DNA from: Corynebacterium glutamicum ATCC 13032
Lineage (GTDB): Bacteria; Actinomycetota; Actinomycetes; Mycobacteriales; Mycobacteriaceae
Reading direction: 5' to 3'
DNA length: 32,000 nt
Assembly (NCBI RefSeq): GCF_000011325.1
Contig: NC_003450.3
Span: 1,200,001-1,232,000, forward strand
The number at the start of each line of letters is the position of its first letter. Position 1 is the stretch's first letter. A program made the position numbers and the translations under genes. Under the pieces are notes generated by a model. The model was not told the origin of the DNA. It saw nothing but the letters and a program-made list of their open reading frames with translations, and searched no databases. This document shows, piece by piece, positions 8,209 to 17,439 of this stretch.

Positions 8209-9615
8209 TTAATCGCGTCGCGGATCTAGCTCTTCATAATCGATCGGAGCGATCGCCTTTGGTCGGCCTGTGGCGTAGTAAAGGATTGTCATCAGGACAA
8301 GGAATCCAACGCCGACGGCGAGTGGCAGGTGGTAGTTGTCGTACCAGACCATGATGCCGAAGGTGAAGGCGATAAATAGGATCGCGAAGTATTGTCCGAA
8401 GGGGTAGAAGGGGACAGGGAACTTCAGGGACTTGACCTCGTCGGCAGGCATGTTTCGGCGGGATCCCACCTGTGCGAGCAGGATCATCAGCCAGACGTAA
8501 ACTGTGGCGAAGGTTGCTAGGGAAGCGACGATCTCGAAGACGCGCTCGGGAAGCACTGCGTTGAGGATTACTCCCACGATCAAGACGATGATCATGATGG
8601 TGGTGGTCATGACTGGAACGCCGTTCTTGGCGATCTTGCCCATGGCCTTTGGTGCGAGGTTTTCCTTCGCAAGACCAGTGAGAACGCGGCCAGCGCCGAA
8701 GAGGTCAGCGTTGATGGCAGACAGTGCAGCGGTGATGACCACGGCGTTGAGGAGACCAGCAGCCCAGTTGACGCCGAGGGTGTCGAAGATCTGGACGAAT
8801 GGGGATTCTTCGCCGGTGATGGAAGGCCAAGGATTAAGGGCAAGGATCACCAGGATGGCACCCACATAGAAGAGGAGGATGCGTACTGGGACAGTATTAA
8901 CAGCCTTGGGGATGGACTTCTCAGGATCTTCAGCTTCAGAGCCTGCAACACCGATGATTTCGGTGCCACCGAATGCGAAGAGAACAAGGATGAAGGCTGC
9001 GATCATGCCTTCAACACCGTTGGGGAAGAATCCGCCGTGCTCCCAGAGGTTGGATACGCCGGCAACTTCAGCGTTGGCGCCGAGACCGAATGCGAGGATG
9101 GCTGCGCCGCCGACGATCATGGCGACAACTGCGGTGACCTTAATGATGGTGAAGATGAACTCGAGCTCACCGAACCAACGCACTGATGCGAGGTTTGCGC
9201 CACCGACAATAAGAAGGGTGGCTACCACCCAAGTCCATTGTGGGGTGCCGGGGAACCAGAAGTTCATATAGATGCCGATGGCTGTGAGGTCAGCCAGGCA
9301 GACGATGAGCATCTCAAACGCGAACATCCAGCCGGTGATGTAGCCTGCCCATCCGCCAAGGTGTGCGCGGGTGTAGACCGCGAAGGAACCACGGACTGGG
9401 TGATGCACAGCCATCTCGCCGAGTGCGCGCAGCATGAAGTACACGACGGCGCCACCGAGAAGGTAGACCAAGAGTACAGATGGACCAGCTGCTTGGATTG
9501 CGCCAGCGGAACCGTAGAACAAGCCGGTGCCGATCGCGGAACCCAGCGCGATGAAGTGAATGTGTCGAGCCCGCAATCCTTTAAAAGATCGGGTTGGGGC
9601 AGGGGAGGCATTCAT
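8209..9615 (-). CDS. pheP: APC-family aromatic amino-acid permease (L-phenylalanine transporter)
   Basis: 12-TM AroP/PheP-type sequence (LRARHIHFIALGSAIGTGLFYGSAGAIQAAGPS...). The ORF track extends to 9669, but its first 18 aa (MICVKKCPLFTRNEVSIS) look non-native, so I place the start at ATG 9615 (MNASPAPT). The position just upstream of the resorcinol cluster matches what I recall for C. glutamicum NCgl1108. Confidence 0.85.
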   Translation of the reverse strand: MNASPAPTRSFKGLRARHIHFIALGSAIGTGLFYGSAGAIQAAGPSVLLVYLLGGAVVYFMLRALGEMAVHHPVRGSFAVYTRAHLGGWAGYITGWMFAFEMLIVCLADLTAIGIYMNFWFPGTPQWTWVVATLLIVGGANLASVRWFGELEFIFTIIKVTAVVAMIVGGAAILAFGLGANAEVAGVSNLWEHGGFFPNGVEGMIAAFILVLFAFGGTEIIGVAGSEAEDPEKSIPKAVNTVPVRILLFYVGAILVILALNPWPSITGEESPFVQIFDTLGVNWAAGLLNAVVITAALSAINADLFGAGRVLTGLAKENLAPKAMGKIAKNGVPVMTTTIMIIVLIVGVILNAVLPERVFEIVASLATFATVYVWLMILLAQVGSRRNMPADEVKSLKFPVPFYPFGQYFAILFIAFTFGIMVWYDNYHLPLAVGVGFLVLMTILYYATGRPKAIAPIDYEELDPRRD

Positions 9616-9933
9616 CGAGATGCTGACCTCGTTTCGGGTGAATAGCGGACATTTTTTGACGCAGATCACCTTACTCTGAAGGATAAGGATTCTTAGTGTC
9701 GGTGCACTTTTACTGATGTTTCACTGTGGAGGTCAACGACTCAAAGTCGAGAATTGGTGGCGCGTGTCACTGGAATTGACGCGTGAATGGGGTGGAAGTG
9801 GACGTCGAAAAGCATTTTTGAGACGTTTATGTGAGCAATGTCCCATTTTCCCTGCTCACCTGTATGGGCACCCGCGGCGGAAGTGGAATTGCATATGGAG
9901 TTTTGATGATATTTAGCGTAACTTAAAGGAACA

Positions 9934-12132
9934 ATGAGTAATACCGAGAACGTCAACGGCGACGTAGAACAGCCGAATAACGTCATTTCGTCGGAATCTC
10001 AGGAAACCCCGCAGGGTGACTCAGCATCAGCTGACTTCGCTCTCGAAACCCCAACCAACACTGTTGAAGATGCACCAGCATCTGAGGGTAGCGAAGAGAT
10101 CACCAGGGTTGCGGATACTTCTGAGGACGCCGACTCTGCAGATGCAGACAACGCGAGCAATGTAATCAATGAGAATGAGGACTCCTCGGAAGGTGCTAAC
10201 CAGCCTTCAAACGAGTCATCCTCTACGGAAGCCAAATCCGGCTTCGATGCACTCGGACTGCCAGAGCGTGTTCTTGACGCTGTGCGCAAGGTGGGTTACG
10301 AAACTCCTTCCCCAATTCAGGCACAAACCATCCCAATCCTCATGGAGGGCCAGGATGTTGTTGGTCTAGCACAGACCGGTACCGGTAAGACTGCAGCTTT
10401 CGCGCTGCCAATCCTTGCCCGTATTGACAAGTCCGTGCGCAGCCCACAGGCACTTGTGCTTGCCCCTACCCGTGAGCTGGCACTTCAGGTTGCTGACTCC
10501 TTCCAATCCTTCGCTGACCACGTCGGTGGCCTGAACGTTCTGCCAATCTATGGTGGACAGGCTTACGGCATTCAGCTCTCTGGCCTGCGTCGTGGCGCTC
10601 ACATCGTCGTGGGTACCCCAGGCCGAATCATCGATCACCTCGAAAAGGGCTCCCTGGATATCTCCGGACTGCGCTTCCTCGTGCTCGATGAAGCAGACGA
10701 GATGCTGAACATGGGCTTCCAGGAAGATGTCGAGCGCATCCTCGAGGACACCCCAGACGAGAAGCAGGTTGCACTATTCTCCGCAACGATGCCAAACGGC
10801 ATTCGTCGCCTGTCCAAGCAGTACCTGAACAACCCTGCTGAAATCACCGTTAAGTCCGAGACCAGGACTAACACCAACATCACCCAGCGCTTCCTCAACG
10901 TTGCACACCGCAACAAGATGGATGCACTGACCCGTATTCTCGAGGTCACCGAGTTTGAAGCAATGATCATGTTCGTGCGCACCAAGCACGAAACTGAAGA
11001 AGTTGCTGAAAAGCTCCGTGCACGCGGATTCTCCGCAGCAGCCATCAACGGCGACATTGCTCAGGCACAGCGTGAGCGCACCGTCGACCAGCTGAAGGAC
11101 GGCCGCCTGGACATCCTCGTTGCAACCGACGTTGCAGCCCGTGGTCTTGACGTTGAGCGCATCTCCCACGTGCTTAACTTCGACATTCCAAACGACACCG
11201 AGTCCTACGTTCACCGCATCGGCCGCACCGGCCGTGCAGGACGTACCGGCGAGGCAATCCTGTTCGTGACCCCACGTGAGCGTCGTATGCTTCGCTCCAT
11301 CGAGCGCGCAACCAACGCACCACTGCACGAAATGGAACTGCCAACCGTCGATCAGGTCAACGACTTCCGCAAGGTCAAGTTCGCTGACTCCATCACCAAG
11401 TCCCTCGAGGACAAGCAGATGGACCTGTTCCGCACCCTGGTCAAGGAATACTCCCAGGCCAACGACGTTCCTCTAGAGGACATCGCAGCGGCACTGGCAA
11501 CCCAGGCACAGTCCGGCGACTTCCTGCTCAAGGAGCTCCCACCAGAGCGCCGTGAGCGCAACGACCGCCGTCGTGACCGTGACTTCGACGACCGTGGTGG
11601 ACGTGGACGCGACCGTGACCGTGGCGACCGCGGAGATCGTGGCTCACGCTTCGACCGCGACGACGAGAACCTGGCAACCTACCGCCTCGCAGTGGGCAAG
11701 CGCCAGCACATCCGCCCAGGCGCAATCGTTGGTGCACTTGCCAACGAAGGTGGCCTGAACTCCAAGGACTTCGGCCGCATCACCATCGCAGCCGACCACA
11801 CCCTGGTTGAACTGCCAAAGGATCTCCCACAGAGCGTTCTTGACAACCTGCGCGACACCCGCATCTCCGGCCAGCTCATCAACATAGAACGCGACTCCGG
11901 TGGACGCCCACCACGCCGCTTCGAGCGCGATGACCGTGGCGGACGCGGCGGATTCCGCGGCGACCGTGATGACCGCGGTGGACGTGGACGTGACCGTGAC
12001 GATCGTGGAAGCCGTGGAGGTTTCCGCGGTGGACGTGACCGTGATGATCGTGGCGGACGCGGTGGATTCCGCGGACGCGACGACCGCGGAGACCGTGGTG
12101 GCCGTGGCGGTTACCGTGGCGGACGCGACTAA
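9934..12132 (+). CDS. DEAD-box ATP-dependent RNA helicase (DeaD/CshA-like) with an acidic N-terminal extension, a DbpA-like RNA-binding domain and RGG/RD-rich tails
   Basis: Q-motif GYETPSPIQ, Walker A AQTGTGKT, DEAD box VLDEADEM, SAT, and motif VI HRIGRTGRAG. The DbpA-like segment is YRLAVGKRQHIRPGAIVGALANEGG. RBS AAAGGAACA precedes the ATG. Confidence 0.95.
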   Translation: MSNTENVNGDVEQPNNVISSESQETPQGDSASADFALETPTNTVEDAPASEGSEEITRVADTSEDADSADADNASNVINENEDSSEGANQPSNESSSTEAKSGFDALGLPERVLDAVRKVGYETPSPIQAQTIPILMEGQDVVGLAQTGTGKTAAFALPILARIDKSVRSPQALVLAPTRELALQVADSFQSFADHVGGLNVLPIYGGQAYGIQLSGLRRGAHIVVGTPGRIIDHLEKGSLDISGLRFLVLDEADEMLNMGFQEDVERILEDTPDEKQVALFSATMPNGIRRLSKQYLNNPAEITVKSETRTNTNITQRFLNVAHRNKMDALTRILEVTEFEAMIMFVRTKHETEEVAEKLRARGFSAAAINGDIAQAQRERTVDQLKDGRLDILVATDVAARGLDVERISHVLNFDIPNDTESYVHRIGRTGRAGRTGEAILFVTPRERRMLRSIERATNAPLHEMELPTVDQVNDFRKVKFADSITKSLEDKQMDLFRTLVKEYSQANDVPLEDIAAALATQAQSGDFLLKELPPERRERNDRRRDRDFDDRGGRGRDRDRGDRGDRGSRFDRDDENLATYRLAVGKRQHIRPGAIVGALANEGGLNSKDFGRITIAADHTLVELPKDLPQSVLDNLRDTRISGQLINIERDSGGRPPRRFERDDRGGRGGFRGDRDDRGGRGRDRDDRGSRGGFRGGRDRDDRGGRGGFRGRDDRGDRGGRGGYRGGRD
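11893..12129 (+). repeat. Coding low-complexity tandem repeats (RGG / DRDDRGGRGGFRG units) forming the helicase C-terminal tail. A first, shorter RD block lies at about 11539-11669.
   Basis: The protein reads DDRGGRGGFRGDRDDRGGRGRDRDDRGSRGGFRGGRDRDDRGGRGGFRGRDDRGDRGGRGGYRGGRD. At the nucleotide level there are reiterated cgtgaccgtga/ggtggacg units. Confidence 0.9.
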
Positions 12133-12185
12133 GAGTTCGTTTTAGCTTCAGCTCAGGTTTTCGCCTGAGTCTGGTGCTTAGCTAG

Positions 12186-12233
12186 AAAAATCCGTTGCTC
12201 TCTCTTTACTGAGAGGGCAACGGATTTTTTCTG
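12186..12233 (+). terminator. Rho-independent terminator of the DEAD-box helicase gene
   Basis: Stem ATCCGTTGCTCTCTC / GAGAGGGCAACGGAT (one mismatch) followed by TTTTTTCTGTTTTC. Confidence 0.85.
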
Positions 12234-12336
12234 TTTTCTTAGGCTTTGGTTCTTGGGGGATCTTGGGGGAGGAATTCTAGGAACTTAGAGAAGTAAATGA
12301 TGGTGCTTCGACCGCAGCACCATCGTTAAGATTCTG

Positions 12337-12366
12337 ACCAAAGAAGAGAGCATTGCGTTGCTCTCT
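12337..12366 (-). terminator. Candidate terminator of the TetR gene
   Basis: Perfect 8-bp stem AGAGAGCA (12345-12352) / TGCTCTCT (12359-12366). On the minus strand it is followed by TTCTTTGG. It lies 60 nt downstream of the stop at 12426. Confidence 0.5.
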
Positions 12367-12425
12367 AGTCAGAGTGCGAGGTATTGAACTCGGCTTATTG
12401 CCGAAGTTTATTTGAGGCCCGATCA

Positions 12426-13115
12426 CTACTGCGGTTTGACTGGGGATATTTCGGGGAGTGGACGCGAAGCGATCTCCCGGGCTTCTGCTGCTTGAACACC
12501 CACCATCCGGAGCATCGCGGCTGCGAAAATCTGATCTTTGTCATCGTTGGAATCTTGATCTGCAGAAAGCGCCATTTGGATCGCTGCGATGAGTGAACCA
12601 AAAGTGCATGTGGTTGCTAGGTCCAGATCTTCGATGGTGAATCGGCCAGTTTCTAAACCATGAAGTAGATCTCGGCGTGCGCGGGGTCCTAGGATGCGCA
12701 TGAGTACGGGATGAGCAGCACCCATTTGTATGAAAAATCCGCCCCAAATCCGATCTTCTAACGAGTGCCGTACTAGATGTCGAAGCGACCCTGCAAATAC
12801 TTCAGCCGGATCGTCTAATTTGGTTAGCACCTGGTCGAGGGCAATTCCCACGGATTCAAAGGCATCTTCTGCGACAGCTTGGAGTAGTTGTTCACGGTCT
12901 GGGAAGTAGTTGTAGAAGGTTCCCGTTCCGATGTTTGCGCCTTCGGTGATTTCAGCTATTCCTACATTGTCGACACCCCGTTCTGCCATGAGTGTGCGAG
13001 CGGAAGTGATCAGGCGCGCGCGGGTTTGTTCGCGTTTTTGTGCACGGCGGCCAGTTGGTACCTGGTTGTCGGTTTGTGCTGTTGAAGCGTCCTTGTGCTG
13101 CGAAGGCGTGGGCAT
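12426..13115 (-). CDS. TetR-family transcriptional regulator, divergent from the aromatic catabolic cluster
   Basis: 229 aa. N-terminal HTH TRARLITSARTLMAERGVDNVGIAEITEGANIGTGTFYNYFPDREQLL is the canonical TetR_N signature. Confidence 0.9.
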   Translation of the reverse strand: MPTPSQHKDASTAQTDNQVPTGRRAQKREQTRARLITSARTLMAERGVDNVGIAEITEGANIGTGTFYNYFPDREQLLQAVAEDAFESVGIALDQVLTKLDDPAEVFAGSLRHLVRHSLEDRIWGGFFIQMGAAHPVLMRILGPRARRDLLHGLETGRFTIEDLDLATTCTFGSLIAAIQMALSADQDSNDDKDQIFAAAMLRMVGVQAAEAREIASRPLPEISPVKPQ

Positions 13116-13200
13116 AGGGAAAACCTTAGCTGATCTGCGGTGACTTAAATATAAGGGGGTGGAATGGGGGTATTGTAAAATCTGAACCCTTGTTCATTTA

Positions 13201-13214
13201 TGAATCATGATTCA
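13201..13214. promoter_or_regulatory. Perfect 14-bp palindrome TGAATCATGATTCA, a candidate TetR operator, flanked by further TGAA/TTCA half-sites (13181-13216)
   Basis: Read directly from the sequence; the motif is self-complementary. It lies about 20 nt downstream of an extended -10-like TGTAAAAT (13174-13181) in the divergent intergenic region. Confidence 0.5.
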
Positions 13215-13268
13215 GAATGTGATCTAGATAATGTTGTTCAGTTCACTATTCAAGAAGGGTTAGATCCC

Positions 13269-14861
13269 ATGTCACCCAATAACTTCGATACCGATGTCTG
13301 CATCGTCGGTGGAGGTCCTACCGGAACGCTCCTTGCAGTACTGCTCGGCCAAAAAGGTCACCGCGTCACCATCCTGGAAAAGTGGCCAACATTCTACGAA
13401 CGACCTCGTGCAGTCACCTTTGACCACGAAATCGCACGGATCCTTGGATACATTGGCATTGATTCTGAAAACGACGAAGCCATCGATTACCACTCCGACA
13501 GCTACGACTGGAAGAACGCAGCGGGGGAGACGCTTTTGGAAGTCGATTGGACCTCCATGACAGATTCCGGATGGCGCACCCGATACTGGTTCTACCAGCC
13601 AGAACTTGAAAAGCGTCTGCGCGATCTGGCCCTGACCATGGATTTTGTAGATATTCGCTGTGGCTTCACCGCTGTCGGATTGTCCCAAGATGAAAACTCC
13701 GCCATCATTCACGGCATTGTCACTGATACCCCAGAGAACATTCCAGCAGATGCTCAGCGCGAAGATATCCGAGCGAAGTATGTCATCGGTGCAGACGGAG
13801 CTAACAGTTTCGTGCGTAACTCCCTTGGCTTAGAGATGAATGATCTTGGATACTTCTTCGACTGGCTGATCCTGGACCTCAAGCCAACTCAGGACATTGA
13901 CTACGGAACAGATCACTGGCAACTGTGTGATCCCAAGCGCCCAACCACCATCGTTCCTGGAGGCCCCGGCCGCCGACGTTGGGAATTCATGGCGCTGCCT
14001 GGTGAAGATCTCAAGGAACTCGCTTCTGAAGAAAGCGCGTGGAATCTACTTGAGCCATGGGATGTCACACCTGGCAAGGCCATTCTCGAGCGCTCCGCAG
14101 TGTATCGATTCCAAGCTCGCTGGGCCCAGGAATGGCGCTCCGGAAGAGCTCTCATCGCAGGCGATGCCGCTCACCTCATGCCACCTTTCGCAGGTGAAGG
14201 CATGTGCGCTGGCCTGAGAGACTCACTGGCGTTGGCATGGCGTCTTGATTTGGTGCTGAGCGGAAAATCAGATGATGCATTGCTAGACACCTACGGAGAA
14301 GAACGCCGCGAACACGTCCACTACTACATTGATTTCTCCATGGACCTGGGCAATGTCATCTGCATTACTGATGAAGATGAAGCACGTTTGCGCGATGAGC
14401 GCATGATTAAAGAGCTTGAAGCACAAGACGGGGTCCCTGTTAATACCGATGTCGCACACTTGGGACCGGGAATTTGGGATAAAGATTCTTCCCATGGTGG
14501 CGAGCTAGCGAAGCAGGGCATAGTGGAATACCAAGGTCGAAAGGCGCGTTTCGACGACGCAGTCGGCCGTGGCTGGGCAGTTTTAGGCCTCAACACTGAT
14601 CCACGAGAAGTGCTTGATGAGGATTCGCTTGTGGCACTTGACGCCATCGGTGCAATCGTCGAATCAGTAGGTGATGCAACTTCCGCAGTTTTAGATGTTG
14701 AAGGTCTTTACACTCGCTGGCTCAAGGAAGCCGGGGCAACATTTATTATTACCCGCCCCGATTTCTACGTCTATTCCACAGCAGTGGACGCTGAACAACT
14801 TCAAACACAGATTAAGCAGCTATCGGATCTACTTCACCTCAACTCAGTTGTCGGAGCATAG
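13269..14861 (+). CDS. FAD-dependent aromatic-ring monooxygenase (resorcinol / 3-hydroxyphenyl hydroxylase type)
   Basis: GxGxx[22 protein letters not shown] motif [12 protein letters not shown], and GD motif [24 protein letters not shown]. The ORF track starts at 13200. I prefer ATG 13269 (MSPNNF) because it has the RBS-like AAGAAGGG and because the 13200 ATG sits inside the palindromic operator. Confidence 0.88.
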
Positions 14862-14870
14862 GAGCTAAAA

Positions 14871-15941
14871 ATGTCTTTACAGTTCGATCATGAAACCCTC
14901 GGTCAACGAGTTCTGTTCGGTTCAGGTGAGGCGGCGCAAAATCTCGCCGCTGAAATTAGCCGACTCGATGCCAAAAACGTCATGGTGGTTGCCGGTGATT
15001 TCGAGCTTCCCATGGCACGGCAAGTAGCAGCAGATATTGATGTCAAGGTGTGGCATTCAAATGTCGTGATGCATGTGCCCATCGAAACAGCAGAAGAAGC
15101 ACGCAGTGTTGCGAAAGAAAACGACATTGATGTTGTGGTGTGTGTGGGCGGTGGATCCACAACAGGTCTAGCTAAAGCGATTGCCATGACCACCGCATTG
15201 CCGATCATTGCGGTACCCACTACTTATGCAGGTTCTGAAGCAACAAATGTGTGGGGATTGACCGAAGCCGCGCGCAAAACAACTGGTGTTGATAACAAAG
15301 TGCTGCCAGTGACAGTTATCTACGATTCAGCGTTAACCATGTCTTTGCCGGTAGAAATGTCGGTTGCTTCTGGTCTCAATGGTTTGGCTCACTGCATTGA
15401 TTCTTTGTGGGGACCGAAGGCGGATCCCATCAATGCGGCTATGGCTGCTGAGGGAATTCGAGCACTTTCTGCTGGCCTTCCCAAGATTGTGGCAGATGCT
15501 CAGGACGTAGATGGTCGCGATGAAGCGCTCTACGGTGCCTACCTGGCTGCGGTGTCTTTTGCCTCTGCTGGCTCTGGTCTCCACCACAAGATCTGCCACG
15601 TGTTGGGTGGAACTTTTAACCTTCCACACGCGCAAACCCATGCAACAGTACTGCCTTATGTTCTTGCCTTCAACGCGCCATATGCGCCACAGGCAGAACA
15701 ACGCGCAGCGGCAGCTTTCGGTTCTGCGACAGCACTTGAAGGATTGCAACAGCTGCGTGCCCAAGTGGGAGCACCACAGCGACTATCCGATTACGGATTC
15801 ACCGCAGCAGGAATCCCAGAGGCAGTGGAAATCATCTTGGAGAAAGTACCGGCGAATAATCCACGGACGGTCACAGAAGAAAACCTCACTGCGCTGCTTA
15901 CCACAGCGCTCAACGGCGACGATCCAGCAACTTTGAATTAA
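14871..15941 (+). CDS. Maleylacetate reductase (iron-containing alcohol dehydrogenase family)
   Basis: 356 aa. [13 protein letters not shown], the conserved His cluster [10 protein letters not shown]...PHAQTHA, and the position between the hydroxylase and the intradiol dioxygenase. Confidence 0.88.
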
Positions 15942-15951
15942 GGAGACCAAC

Positions 15952-16839
15952 ATGACTATTTCAGCACAACAGCAAGCAGTGGAAGAAGACCTTGTAGAGC
16001 GCGTACTCGCATCTTTTGATTCGTGTGAAAACCCTCGCCTCAAACTAGTGATGAAATCCCTGACTGTGCATCTCCATGATTTCATCCGCGATGTTCGACT
16101 CACTGAAGAAGAGTGGAACTACGCCATTGATTTCCTCACCAAGGTTGGGCATATCACCGACGATAAGCGCCAAGAATTCGTGTTGCTCTCTGACACCTTG
16201 GGTGCATCCATGCAGACCATCGCTGTTAATAACGAAGCATATGAAGACGCTACCGAAGCAACAGTCTTTGGCCCCTTCTTTGTCGATGATGCGCCACTGG
16301 TCCAAAACGGAGATGACATTGCCTTTGGCGCAGTCGGCCAGCCGGCATGGGTGGAGGGAACGGTCAAAGACACTGAAGGAAACCCCATTCCCAATGCACG
16401 CATTGAAGTATGGGAATGCGATGAAGATGGACTTTATGATGTGCAATACGCCGATGAGCGCAGTGCTGGACGCGCACACCTGTATTCAGATGAAAACGGC
16501 GAATACCACTTCTGGGGACTAACTCCCGTGCCATATCCCATCCCACACGATGGTCCAGTAGGACAAATGCTCCAAGCAGTTGGTCGTTCCCCCGTTCGTT
16601 GCGCGCACCTACACTTCATGGTGACTGCGCCAGAGAAGCGAACCTTGGTAACCCATATCTTCGTTGAGGGCGATCCGCAGCTAGAGATCGGCGATTCCGT
16701 GTTTGGCGTGAAGGACTCACTGATTAAGAAATTCGTTGAGCAACCTGCAGGAACCGCAACTCCAGATGGTCGCGATGTGGGTGATCAAACCTGGGCACGC
16801 ACACGTTTTGATATTGTGCTCGCCCCCGGCAATGTCTAA
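15952..16839 (+). CDS. Hydroxyquinol 1,2-dioxygenase (intradiol ring-cleavage dioxygenase)
   Basis: 295 aa. [13 protein letters not shown]...RCAHLHFMV is the intradiol dioxygenase iron-ligand region. RBS AAGGAGA precedes the ATG. Confidence 0.9.
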
Positions 16840-16852
16840 GTAGAAGCAGCAA

Positions 16853-16884
16853 AAAACCACCAAGAAAAAGTTCTTGGTGGTTTT
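16853..16884. terminator. Bidirectional rho-independent terminator
   Basis: Perfect stem AAAACCACCAAGAA / TTCTTGGTGGTTTT with loop AAAG, located between convergent genes. Confidence 0.85.
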
Positions 16885-16900
16885 GGCAATTTGAGATGTG

Positions 16901-17374
16901 TTAGATGAACATCAGCACAGCGATGATGACCCACAGCAGAGCCCAGATGCCGCCGAACATGGACAGCTGGCTCTTCGCCTTGTCCCAGTTTTCGATCTCG
17001 TAAGTCTTTGCAGCCTGCTCATCGTCCTCCAGAAGGTCAAGAGCACCCATCATCTTCTTCTGGCGTGGGAAGATAACGAAGAGAAGCAGCGCCCAGGTGA
17101 TAACACTGAGAGCGATTGCTGCGTGGAACTGGCCTTCAGACTTGTAGAAAGACCAATCGAGAAGCATGATGGCGATACCCAGCAAAGGCACGAGCAGGGA
17201 CAGCATGCCGTAGGACTGGGAAATCTTGAAAAGGGTTTTTGCGGAGCCAGCGGCTTGGGTGTTGCCGTTGTGTGCATCGTACGCGCGGACGTGGAACTGA
17301 GAGTTAGCTACTGTTGCTGGTCCTAGGAACAGGATTGCTGCAATAGCGTGAATAGCGATCATGATGGTGGTCAC
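16901..17374 (-). CDS. Small integral membrane protein (4 predicted TM helices), function unknown
   Basis: 157 aa with hydrophobic segments IMIAIHAIAAILFLG, MLSLLVPLLGIAIMLL, AAIALSVITWALLLFVIF and GGIWALLWVIIAVLMFI. GTG start. Confidence 0.6.
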   Translation of the reverse strand: MTTIMIAIHAIAAILFLGPATVANSQFHVRAYDAHNGNTQAAGSAKTLFKISQSYGMLSLLVPLLGIAIMLLDWSFYKSEGQFHAAIALSVITWALLLFVIFPRQKKMMGALDLLEDDEQAAKTYEIENWDKAKSQLSMFGGIWALLWVIIAVLMFI

Positions 17375-17439
17375 GGGCTGGTGGACCTTTCAATTATGGT
17401 TGGGCAAAAAGAAAATGCTTGATACATACACTAACGAGA

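Noticed and set aside
11539-12129. Short reiterated GC-rich units that could be mistaken for a non-coding tandem repeat or a degenerate CRISPR-like array.
   Set aside because: They are in frame within the DEAD-box helicase ORF and encode RD/RGG low-complexity sequence. There are no unique spacers of constant length and no cas genes.
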